A stretch of 56,645 bases of DNA, taken from Chitinivibrionales bacterium. Lineage in GTDB: Bacteria > Fibrobacterota > Chitinivibrionia > Chitinivibrionales > WJKA01. Positions 38,359 through 46,899 of this stretch are shown in pieces. Position 1 is the stretch's first letter, and the number at the start of each line of letters is the position of its first letter. Under the pieces are notes generated by a model. That model saw only the letters and a program-made list of their open reading frames with translations, searched no databases and was not told the DNA's origin. The stretch lies in contig JBBRUX010000025.1 in NCBI GenBank assembly GCA_038247415.1, positions 1 through 56,645 of the forward strand, written 5' to 3'. The position numbers were made by a program, and so were the translations under genes.

Positions 38359-38450
38359 GATAGTGTCCTTTTCTTGTAAATAATGATTTATGATTTTAGA
38401 ATAGTTTGCAGTTAACTATTGCTATTATAAGTACTTTTGTAAAATAACAA

Positions 38451-38639
38451 TTGTCCAGAGCCTTTGTAAACTTTTTTTCGACAAGCCCCACTCAGTCCAA
38501 TCAAAACTGCCCATTCTACCTTGCCTGGGTCGAACGGTGGGTGTCTACATCGTCAACAACTTCATACGAATCAAAAAAAATGGACAGGTTCGCCAATCAG
38601 CCGAAGCAAATATCCTTTATCACCCTTATCAATAATTAA
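38451..38639 (+). pseudogene. Possible remnant of an integron-integrase N-terminal extension
   Basis: PFYLAWVERW followed, after a frameshift, by (W)QVRQSAEANILYH. This resembles the PFY..WV / WQV.QA..A..LY N-terminus I recall for long IntI proteins. Divergent from the small-gene array; no catalytic domain remains. Confidence 0.4.
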
Positions 38640-38724
38640 AACTGTTCTTGTACCGTAAATTTAAAAGCAGTCCGTGATAGTTTTTTGCGATGAAGGGCAG
38701 CAATAGGGTATAAAAGACGCTTCG

Positions 38725-39390
38725 CTATTTAATCTTGTCAAGAAACTGCGCGCGAAAGTGTGAGAGTTTGGGGTTTATGATTGCTGCGCAGTAAGCATTG
38801 TGTGGATTTTTGCTAAAATATTTCTGGTGGTAATCTTCGGCCCGGTAAAAGGCATAATAAGGCGCAACCTGAGTGATAATTGGGTCGGGCCAGATTTTTT
38901 TCTCGGTTAATTCGGCAATAAGAGATTTGGCGACATTTCGCTGTTTATCGTTACGATAAAAAACAACCGATCTGTATTGTGTTCCCACATCATTTCCCTG
39001 GCGATTTTGTGTTGTGGGGTTATGTATACTAAAAAATACCGAAAGTAAATCTCCCACAGAAATAACTGCGGGATTAAACGATACTTGCACGACTTCTGCA
39101 TGGCCTGTTTTACCGGTGCAAATCTGCTCGTAGGTTGGGGCTTCAATGCGACCGCCACTATAGCCTGAAACTGCAGAGTCGACCCCTTTTAATTCGCTCA
39201 TAACGGCTTCTATGCACCAGAAGCATCCTCCGCCAAGGGTTATGGTTTCATGGGATATGCGTGTGGTTGGTGGTGGTGGCTGGGTCATGGTTGACATTTC
39301 TCCAAAAATCTGAAATGGTATAATTGCGAGTGTAATAACAGCATAAAAAATAGGTCGAAACTTTCGAACTGCACTATATAAAATACTCAT
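38725..39390 (-). CDS. msrA: Peptide-methionine (S)-S-oxide reductase with N-terminal signal/anchor
   Basis: GGGCFWC, GYSGG, TGHAEVV, QGNDVGTQYRS and AEDYHQ motifs. ATG 39390 follows AAGGAG. Confidence 0.95.
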   Translation of the reverse strand: MSILYSAVRKFRPIFYAVITLAIIPFQIFGEMSTMTQPPPPTTRISHETITLGGGCFWCIEAVMSELKGVDSAVSGYSGGRIEAPTYEQICTGKTGHAEVVQVSFNPAVISVGDLLSVFFSIHNPTTQNRQGNDVGTQYRSVVFYRNDKQRNVAKSLIAELTEKKIWPDPIITQVAPYYAFYRAEDYHQKYFSKNPHNAYCAAIINPKLSHFRAQFLDKIK

Positions 39391-39516
39391 TATAATCTCC
39401 TTGATGATAAGAAAACCTGCTGGCAGGAGGGTTAAATACCTAATGAGTGCGGCCTGTTTGTGTTCGATATTGCAAAGAGGGGAGATGGTTCGATAATTAG
39501 TCACAACTTTTATCTC

Positions 39517-39545
39517 TTGCGTTTTTTTTATTTCGGGTGTATATT
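39517..39545 (+). promoter_or_regulatory. Putative sigma70 promoter of the ilv/leu operon
   Basis: TTGCGT-17 nt-TATATT; predicted +1 falls at about 39552. Confidence 0.6.
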
Positions 39546-39551
39546 ATTACT

Positions 39552-39659
39552 ATGATATTTACAAACGCTATCTTAACCCGAATTGCTATTACCGTGCGAG
39601 TGCTACGAGTGCTTGTGGTGGGTATTACCCTACCTATAATCGGGAGTACGGGACTTTAG
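39552..39659 (+). CDS. ilv/leu operon leader peptide MIFTNAILTRIAITVRVLRVLVVGITLPIIGSTGL
   Basis: 35 codons with 7 Ile, 5 Leu, 5 Val and 5 Thr, directly followed by a terminator upstream of ilvB. Confidence 0.88.
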   Translation: MIFTNAILTRIAITVRVLRVLVVGITLPIIGSTGL

Positions 39660-39683
39660 CGACATAAATAACAAAAGAATGTC

Positions 39684-39725
39684 AAAGGCCCGTTTCCCGA
39701 AGAAGGAAACGGGCCTTTTTTATTT
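39684..39725 (+). terminator. Attenuator terminator of the ilv leader
   Basis: AAAGGCCCGTTTCC-cgaagaa-GGAAACGGGCCTTT followed by a T-run. Its 5' arm can alternatively pair with TCGGGAGTACGGGACTTT (39640-39657) as an antiterminator. Confidence 0.92.
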
Positions 39726-39839
39726 GTTTTCGATGCATGGCGCCTTGTTTTGATGTGCAAAACGAGGTATTTTACAAGGTTTGTGTTTTGATGTCTGCAT
39801 GGTGCATGATTATCAAGGCACGTATCAGTGGAGGTTTTT

Positions 39840-41570
39840 GTGAAAATGACAGGTGCTCAGATACTTGTTGATGCACTGGCGCAAGAGCAGGTAGAGGTTA
39901 TCTTTGCGTATCCTGGTGGTCAGGTTATACCTATTTTTGATGCTCTTTACGATGCAAAAAGTACTCGTGTTGTATTGGTGCGCCACGAACAAGCCGCTGC
40001 GCATGCTGCAGACGGCTATGCCCGCGCCACGGGAAAAGTTGGGGTTTGTCTCGCGACGTCGGGGCCTGGTGCAACAAATCTGGTTACTGGAATTGCCACC
40101 GCTTATATGGATTCTATTCCAATGGTTGCAATCACTGGTCAGGTTCCAACAGGGGTTTTAGGCTCAGATGCTTTTCAGGAGGCCGATGTAGTTGGAATCA
40201 CTCGATCGATAACCAAGCATAATTTCTTGGTAAAATCTATCGATGAATTGCCACGTATTTTCAAGGAAGCATTTCATATTGCCCGCACGGGGAGACCAGG
40301 CCCCGTACTTGTCGATATCCCTTCGGATATAACTAAGACGATACATGAATCCTATGAATATCCGAAAGAAGTTTCGATACGTAGCTATAAGCCCAATGTA
40401 ACAGGGCATATCAAGCAAATAAAAAAAGCTGCAGAAATGATTGCGCTTTCTAAAAAGCCGGTTATTTATGCAGGTGGCGGAGTGATACTTTCTGGTGCAT
40501 CTAACGAGGTTCTGGCTTTTGCCGAAAAAACCAATATTCCCGTAACGACAACTCTTATGGGTTTGGGTGGTTTTCCTGGCACGCATCCTCTTTTTATTGG
40601 AATGCCGGGCATGCATGGATCAAAAACAGCTAACTATGTTTTGCAGAACACCGATTTGATCATTTCCATTGGTGCTCGTTTTGACGATCGGGTAACAGGG
40701 CATATCGACCATTTTGCTCAAAATGCAAAAATTATTCATCTGGACATAGACCCGGCTGCCATATCAAAAATTATTAGCGTTGACATTCCGGTTGTCGGCG
40801 ATGTTAAAAATATTATGGAACAGCTTATTCCTCTTGTTGCCCCGCGGCCGGCCGATGACTGGAATGCACAAGTCAAGGAATGGCAAGGGGATCGCCTGTT
40901 TACTTATACATCTTCTACTACCGAGATCAAGCCGCAATCGGTTATCGAGGAACTGTATCGGCAGACGCTTGGCAAGGCAGTGCTAACCACCGAGGTTGGG
41001 CAGCATCAGATGTGGACAGCGCAGTACTACCGTTTCGATCTGCCCCGATCGTTTATTTCGTCGGGCGGTTTAGGAACAATGGGGTTTGGTTTTCCAGCTG
41101 CCATGGGTGCTGCAATGGCTCTTAAAAAACCGGTTATTGTTATTGCTGGTGATGGTTCTATACAAATGAATATTCAGGAATTGGCTACCATTTCGCAAAA
41201 TAATATTCCTGTCAAGATTATTATTCTTAATAATGGATACCTTGGTATGGTTCGTCAGTGGCAAGATCTGTTTTACGGTGGTCGCAGGAGTTCTACCTGT
41301 TTACGCAAAACAAGCGAAGTGTGCGGCGATTGCAAGGGCAGTCCCACATGCGTAGAGCCTGCATATATACCAGATTTTGTAAAGCTTGCAGAAAGCTATA
41401 GCATAATGGGAATGCGTGCAACAACTCCTGCGCACGTGCCTGCAACGCTCGAAAAGTTGCTCTCGTGCGAGGGTCCTGCACTGGCAGAGTTCATTGTTAC
41501 CGAAGACGAAAATGTTTTTCCTATGGTGCCAGCGGGTAAACCGTTAAGCGCTATCATGTTGGAGGCTTAA
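39840..41570 (+). CDS. ilvB: Acetohydroxyacid synthase large subunit
   Basis: RHEQAAAHAADGYAR, TSGPGATN, GARFDDRVTG, GDGSIQMN and LGMVRQWQ motifs. GTG 39840 (or ATG 39846) follows GGAGG. Confidence 0.96.
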   Translation: MKMTGAQILVDALAQEQVEVIFAYPGGQVIPIFDALYDAKSTRVVLVRHEQAAAHAADGYARATGKVGVCLATSGPGATNLVTGIATAYMDSIPMVAITGQVPTGVLGSDAFQEADVVGITRSITKHNFLVKSIDELPRIFKEAFHIARTGRPGPVLVDIPSDITKTIHESYEYPKEVSIRSYKPNVTGHIKQIKKAAEMIALSKKPVIYAGGGVILSGASNEVLAFAEKTNIPVTTTLMGLGGFPGTHPLFIGMPGMHGSKTANYVLQNTDLIISIGARFDDRVTGHIDHFAQNAKIIHLDIDPAAISKIISVDIPVVGDVKNIMEQLIPLVAPRPADDWNAQVKEWQGDRLFTYTSSTTEIKPQSVIEELYRQTLGKAVLTTEVGQHQMWTAQYYRFDLPRSFISSGGLGTMGFGFPAAMGAAMALKKPVIVIAGDGSIQMNIQELATISQNNIPVKIIILNNGYLGMVRQWQDLFYGGRRSSTCLRKTSEVCGDCKGSPTCVEPAYIPDFVKLAESYSIMGMRATTPAHVPATLEKLLSCEGPALAEFIVTEDENVFPMVPAGKPLSAIMLEA

Positions 41571-41572
41571 AA

Positions 41573-42055
41573 ATGAATACTCATACGTTGTCACTCTTGG
41601 TCGAAAATCGTCATGGCGCTCTTTCGCGCGTTGCGAATCTCTTTTCGAGCAGGGGTTATAATATTACATCGCTTAATGTTGCCGAGACCGAAGACCCCAC
41701 CATTTCTCGTATGACAATTGTTGTTGCGGGGGAGGAGAGTATTCTCGAACAGGTGATCAAACAGCTTAATAAGCTTATTGATGTTATCAAGGTTCTTGAT
41801 TTTGTACAGTCTCCTATTATCGATCGGGAGCTGGCTCTTATCTGTATCGATACTAGTAAAGGCAACAGAACTGAGCTGCTTGAAGTGGCAGGAATTTTTG
41901 GAGCATCGGTTAATACTGTGGGCGCCAAATCGCTCACGCTTGAGATGCTTAACACCACAGAAGCAATTGATGATTTTATTGCTCTTATTAGACCTTATGG
42001 TATTCGTGAGCTTGCACGCAGCGGAAAAGTTGCGATGGTTCGAAATAAAAATTAA
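41573..42055 (+). CDS. ilvN: Acetohydroxyacid synthase small subunit
   Basis: LVENRHGALSRVANLFSSRGYNI and KQLNKLIDVIKV motifs. Confidence 0.96.
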   Translation: MNTHTLSLLVENRHGALSRVANLFSSRGYNITSLNVAETEDPTISRMTIVVAGEESILEQVIKQLNKLIDVIKVLDFVQSPIIDRELALICIDTSKGNRTELLEVAGIFGASVNTVGAKSLTLEMLNTTEAIDDFIALIRPYGIRELARSGKVAMVRNKN

Positions 42056-42105
42056 TGTGTCTGACTGTTTGTTTGTTTTTTTAACCTTTATTTGAGGAGT
42101 GTTGT

Positions 42106-43206
42106 ATGGCTTTGATCGATTTTGGCGGAACAAAGGAACACGTTGTTACCCGCAAGGAATTTTCTCTCACAAAGGCTCGCTCGATTCTTAAAAAAGAAGT
42201 CATTGCCATTATCGGGTATGGCGTACAAGGCCCTGCTCAAGCACTTAACATGAAAGACAATGGCATTAATGTTATAATTGGCCAGTCTCAGAAATTTAAG
42301 AAGGATTGGGAACGCGCCAAGAAAGACGGATGGATTCCTGGAAAAACGTTGTTTGATATCGAGGAAGCTGTTGAAAAAGCTACCGTTGTTCAGGTTTTGG
42401 TTTCCGATGCCGCACAACGTCTTGTATGGCCACAAATCAAGCCTCTTATGACAAAAGGTAAGGCGCTCTATTTTTCTCATGGTTTTTCTATCGTTTACAA
42501 AAACCAAACAAAAATTATTCCTTCAAAGGATATCGATGTTATCATGGTTGCTCCTAAGGGCAGCGGAACATCGGTTCGTCGTAACTTCTTGTCGGGTGTT
42601 GGTATCAATTCAAGCTATGCTGTGTTTCAGGATGCAACGGGTCGTGCAGAAGAACGTTGTTTGGCTCTTGGTATTGCAATTGGTTCTGGCTATCTTTTCC
42701 CAACAACCTTTGAGCAGGAAGTATACTCCGATCTCACCGGCGAACGCGGCGTTCTAATGGGAGCTTTGGCTGGAGTTATGGAAGCACAATACGATGTTCT
42801 TCGCAAAAACGGCCACTCTCCTTCCGAAGCATTCAACGAAACCGTAGAAGAGCTTACTCAGAGCCTTATTCGTCTTGTTGACGAAAACGGAATGGACTGG
42901 ATGTATAGCAACTGTTCTGCAACAGCTCAGCATGGTGCGCTTAAGTGGCGTCCGATTTTCAAGAAGGCAAACCTTCCTGTTTTCGAAAAGTTGTATAAAT
43001 CTGTTAAAGATGGTACAGAAACAAAAGAAGTTATTCGTGATTGCGGCGGCAAGGACTATCAATCGTTCCTTGGCAAAAAGCTTGCTGAGCTACACGATTC
43101 AGAAATGTGGCGCGCTGGTGCAGCTGTTCGTTCTCTTCGCCCAAAAGAAGGTGCAAAAACAGTTACAAAAACCACCAAGGGTGTTGGTGGACGCGGTACT
43201 AACTAA
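42106..43206 (+). CDS. ilvC: Ketol-acid reductoisomerase
   Basis: GYGVQG, FSHGF, VAPKGSG, SDLTGERGVLMG and NCSATAQ motifs; Bacteroidota/fungal-like subtype. Confidence 0.95.
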   Translation: MALIDFGGTKEHVVTRKEFSLTKARSILKKEVIAIIGYGVQGPAQALNMKDNGINVIIGQSQKFKKDWERAKKDGWIPGKTLFDIEEAVEKATVVQVLVSDAAQRLVWPQIKPLMTKGKALYFSHGFSIVYKNQTKIIPSKDIDVIMVAPKGSGTSVRRNFLSGVGINSSYAVFQDATGRAEERCLALGIAIGSGYLFPTTFEQEVYSDLTGERGVLMGALAGVMEAQYDVLRKNGHSPSEAFNETVEELTQSLIRLVDENGMDWMYSNCSATAQHGALKWRPIFKKANLPVFEKLYKSVKDGTETKEVIRDCGGKDYQSFLGKKLAELHDSEMWRAGAAVRSLRPKEGAKTVTKTTKGVGGRGTN

Positions 43207-43221
43207 GGTTTATTTACCATA

Positions 43222-43247
43222 GAGTCTTGCGCCTATGCGTAAGACTC
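43222..43247 (+). other. Intergenic hairpin after ilvC
   Basis: GAGTCTTGCGC-ctat-GCGTAAGACTC without a U-tract; likely an mRNA-stabilising or partial-termination stem. Confidence 0.55.
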
Positions 43248-43269
43248 ATATTAGGTCAGGTGGTAGAGT

Positions 43270-44811
43270 ATGGCATATGACAAGGTTTACATTTTCGATA
43301 CGACTCTGCGTGATGGCGAACAAGCGTTGCCGTCCAGTTTATCGGTGGATCAGAAAGTGCGCATTGCACGTCAACTTGCAAAGCTCAATGTTGATATCAT
43401 AGAAGCTGGTTTTCCGATAAGCTCCCCGGGAGATTTCGAATCGGTGCAGACTATTGCCCGGGATATAAAGGGCCCTGTGATCTGTGGCCTTGCTCGTCTT
43501 ATGGAAAAAGATATAGAAATTTGTGGAAAAGCCGTAAAACCTGCCGAGCGTTCTCGCATTCATACATTCATTGGCACTTCGGCAATTCATGCCGAGAAAA
43601 AATTGCGCAAATCGGAAGAAGAAATTCTCTCCATGATTCGGTCATGTGTCACACTTGCCCGAAAATTGTGTGGAGACGTAGAATTTTCCCCAGAAGATTC
43701 TGGGCGAACAAGTATCGATTTTTTATGTCGCGTGGTAGAAACCGCCATTAAATGTGGGGCACGTACTATTAATATTCCCGATACCGTGGGCTATACAACA
43801 CCAGAGCACTTTGCATCAATAATCGATTCTGTGCTTAATAGGGTTCCTAATATCGATAAAGCAATTATATCGGTACATTGTCATAACGATTTGGGTATGG
43901 CCACGGCTAATTCTCTCACCGCTGTGTCGCATGGTGCTCGTCAGATCGAGTGTGCCATGAACGGGCTTGGGGAACGTGCTGGCAATGCTGCACTTGAAGA
44001 AGTCGTTATGGCACTCAAGGTTCGGCAGGATGTCTTTAAAGTAAAGACTGATGTTAATACCCGTGAAATTATAAGAACAAGCCGATTGGTGAGGGATATC
44101 TGCAGCATGCCAATTCAGCCTAATAAAGCTATTGTTGGTAGCAATGCATTTTCGCATTCGTCGGGAATTCATCAGGATGGCATTTTAAAATCGAAAAAAA
44201 CATACGAAATCATGACGCCCCAATCGGTGGGGCTTAAAGATCATCGAATGGTCTTGACAAGTAGATCTGGTTCTCATATGGTGCGATCTCGTTTGACCGA
44301 TTTAGGGTATAATCCTGCAGACATGGATATGGATGCTTTTTATAAGCACTTTATTATTCTTGCAGATAAAAAAGGCACCGTATATGACGACGACTTGGTT
44401 GCCTTGGTTGAATCGAAAAGTGATGATGATTTAAAAGATGAATACGTTCTTGAATATTTGAATGTGTTTAGTGGCAAAAATGTCGTGCCAACTGCCACAG
44501 TTCGTATTGCAGCTCATGGTAAAGTATCGCAGGAAGCTGCCTGCGGCGATGGTGCCGTTGATGCTGCCACAAAGGCAATAGATCGCATTACGGGTTTTGC
44601 TATTGCTATAGAAGAATATCACTTAGACGCGATTACCGAAGGCCGCGAAGCTCAGGGAACCGTCACCATTGTAGGAAAGTCTAAGGAAGGTGTTTTTGTA
44701 GGCAAGGGGATAAGTACCGATATTGTTGAAGCGTCGGCATTGGCGTATATGAACGTTGTCAATAAGATTGCACGTATGCGCAAGTTTAAAAGAAAGGGAA
44801 CATCGTTGTGA
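43270..44811 (+). CDS. leuA: 2-isopropylmalate synthase
   Basis: DTTLRDGEQ, INIPDTVGY, HCHNDLG, GERAGNA and HSSGIHQDG motifs; regulatory domain present. Confidence 0.96.
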   Translation: MAYDKVYIFDTTLRDGEQALPSSLSVDQKVRIARQLAKLNVDIIEAGFPISSPGDFESVQTIARDIKGPVICGLARLMEKDIEICGKAVKPAERSRIHTFIGTSAIHAEKKLRKSEEEILSMIRSCVTLARKLCGDVEFSPEDSGRTSIDFLCRVVETAIKCGARTINIPDTVGYTTPEHFASIIDSVLNRVPNIDKAIISVHCHNDLGMATANSLTAVSHGARQIECAMNGLGERAGNAALEEVVMALKVRQDVFKVKTDVNTREIIRTSRLVRDICSMPIQPNKAIVGSNAFSHSSGIHQDGILKSKKTYEIMTPQSVGLKDHRMVLTSRSGSHMVRSRLTDLGYNPADMDMDAFYKHFIILADKKGTVYDDDLVALVESKSDDDLKDEYVLEYLNVFSGKNVVPTATVRIAAHGKVSQEAACGDGAVDAATKAIDRITGFAIAIEEYHLDAITEGREAQGTVTIVGKSKEGVFVGKGISTDIVEASALAYMNVVNKIARMRKFKRKGTSL

Positions 44812-45773
44812 TCCCAACTCGGCATCCGTTTACACTAACGCGTGAAAAGACGGCATTGCTCGTTATTGACATGCAAGATAAATTTGCACCAGCAATACCC
44901 GAATTCGATCGGTTAACAGCAAATACTGTTAGGTGCATTTTAACGTGTCAGATGTTTTCGATGCCGGTTTTTGTTTCGGAGCAGTATCCGCAAGGTTTGG
45001 GTAATACTGTTTCGGTAATTCGGCAACAATTTTCTCTGCTCGATGTAATCGAGAAAACTGAATTTTCGTGTGCAGGGGTGCCTCAATTTCAGCGATTGCT
45101 CAATGAACATAAACCCGATACTGTAATAATAACGGGTGTTGAAACGCATGTGTGTGTCAATCAGACGGTTTTAGATCTTATTGCGCTGGGCATCAAAGTT
45201 CATGTGGTAGCAGATGCGTGCGGAAGTAGACATACTCTCGACCATCAGATTGCTCTTGCTAAAATGGAAAAGGCCGGAGCACTTATTGATACTACCGAAA
45301 TGGTGTTATTTGAGTTGGCACAAAAGGCAGGTACCGAAAGCTTTAAAAATATTCAGCGCATGGTGAAAGCAAAGTTTTCACCTGCACCGGTAGTTACCCA
45401 TAACGAAATTCCTGATAAAAAGGGAGAAGATCCCTTGGTGTCTGCTGTTGAAAGTGCAGCAGAAACTTCTGAGGCAGCTCCTTTGGGTATGGGTGAAAAG
45501 ATAGTTGATCAGGAAATTGCTCATGTGCAAGAAACCGCAGAAGCTTTAGAGGTTCAAAACGCTGACCCTGTTGAAAGTGCTTCTGTCAACCCTGATAATG
45601 CAATTGATACTGAGAGCAATTCTGAGGTAGCAGATCTTGGAATCGATCTCGATGCTTTGCTTGGGGATGTTACTTCCGATGGCGCTCCAGTCAAGGAATT
45701 AACTGTTGAGGAAGAAAACGACGCGCTTGATTTGAGTGGGCTTGACAAATTACTTGAAACTGATAGTAAATAG
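44808..45773 (+). CDS. Isochorismatase-family cysteine hydrolase with long acidic C-terminal tail
   Basis: LLVIDMQ, SEQYPQGLG, KTEFSC, GVETHVCV and VVADACGSR motifs; GTGA overlap with leuA. Confidence 0.85.
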   Translation: MIPTRHPFTLTREKTALLVIDMQDKFAPAIPEFDRLTANTVRCILTCQMFSMPVFVSEQYPQGLGNTVSVIRQQFSLLDVIEKTEFSCAGVPQFQRLLNEHKPDTVIITGVETHVCVNQTVLDLIALGIKVHVVADACGSRHTLDHQIALAKMEKAGALIDTTEMVLFELAQKAGTESFKNIQRMVKAKFSPAPVVTHNEIPDKKGEDPLVSAVESAAETSEAAPLGMGEKIVDQEIAHVQETAEALEVQNADPVESASVNPDNAIDTESNSEVADLGIDLDALLGDVTSDGAPVKELTVEEENDALDLSGLDKLLETDSK

Positions 45774-45817
45774 TTTACTTTATATAACACTGTATCGCGA
45801 AAGGAATTATAGTTACT

Positions 45818-46882
45818 ATGAATGCGTATAATATTGCTCTTATTGGCGGAGATGGTACCGGCCCGGAAGTTTTGGCTGAGGGTGTTAAAGTTTTGGAAGT
45901 TGCCGCAAAAAAATATAATATCAAGCTCAATTACGAAAAATATGACTTCGGTGGCGAACGCTTCATGAAAACAGGTGAGACCCTTCCCGATTCAGCAATC
46001 GAAGAGCTCAAAAAGCATCATGCGATGTTTTTGGGCGCAATAGGTCATCCTGATGTTAAGCCCGGTATCCTTGAAATTGGCATCCTGCTTAAACTGCGCT
46101 TTGCGCTCGATCAGTATATCAATTTGCGACCTGTAAAGCTGTTTCCTGGCGTAGAAACACCACTTAAAGATAAAGGTCCAGCAGATATCGATTTTGTTGT
46201 GATCCGCGAAAATTCGGGTGGCATTTATACCGGTGTTGGCGGAGTTACCATGAAGGGTACACAAAACGAAATTGCAACCCAGGTTATGACGTATTCTCGG
46301 CCCGTGGTAGATCGCTGCATGAAATACGCTTACGAATATACCAAGCGTCGTAATAAAAAAAATATGCTAACGCTTGTCCATAAGTCTAATGTGCTTACGC
46401 ATTGCGGTGATCTTTGGGTACGCTCGCATAAAGAAATGGGCGATGCACAGTATCCCGAAATCAAGCAAGATTATAATCATGTTGATGCCGCTACAATGTG
46501 GTTTGTAAAGCAGCCCGAATGGTATGACGTTATTGTAACCGAAAATCTTTTTGGTGATATCATTACTGATTTGGCAGCAATTATTCAGGGTGGTCTTGGC
46601 ATCGCTGCTGGTGGAAATATCAATCCCGAAGGTGTGAGCATGTTTGAGCCTATGGGCGGATCTGCACCCAAGTATACTGGCCTCAATGTAATCAATCCGC
46701 TTGCAGCCATTGGCGCCGCAGGAATGATGCTTGATACACTTGGAGAACGCACCGCAGCAGCTTCTATAGATAAAGCAATTCACGACGCTCTCGCATCGGG
46801 AAAAATCAAGAGTCTTGCAGCTGGCAGAATGGGTATGGGTACCCGTGAAGTTGGCGACTTTGTTGCATCACTGGTCTCTTAA
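45818..46882 (+). CDS. leuB: 3-isopropylmalate dehydrogenase
   Basis: [24 protein letters not shown] and FEPMGGSAP motifs; operon context. Confidence 0.92.
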   Translation: MNAYNIALIGGDGTGPEVLAEGVKVLEVAAKKYNIKLNYEKYDFGGERFMKTGETLPDSAIEELKKHHAMFLGAIGHPDVKPGILEIGILLKLRFALDQYINLRPVKLFPGVETPLKDKGPADIDFVVIRENSGGIYTGVGGVTMKGTQNEIATQVMTYSRPVVDRCMKYAYEYTKRRNKKNMLTLVHKSNVLTHCGDLWVRSHKEMGDAQYPEIKQDYNHVDAATMWFVKQPEWYDVIVTENLFGDIITDLAAIIQGGLGIAAGGNINPEGVSMFEPMGGSAPKYTGLNVINPLAAIGAAGMMLDTLGERTAAASIDKAIHDALASGKIKSLAAGRMGMGTREVGDFVASLVS

Positions 46883-46899
46883 CAGAATCGAATATTTTC

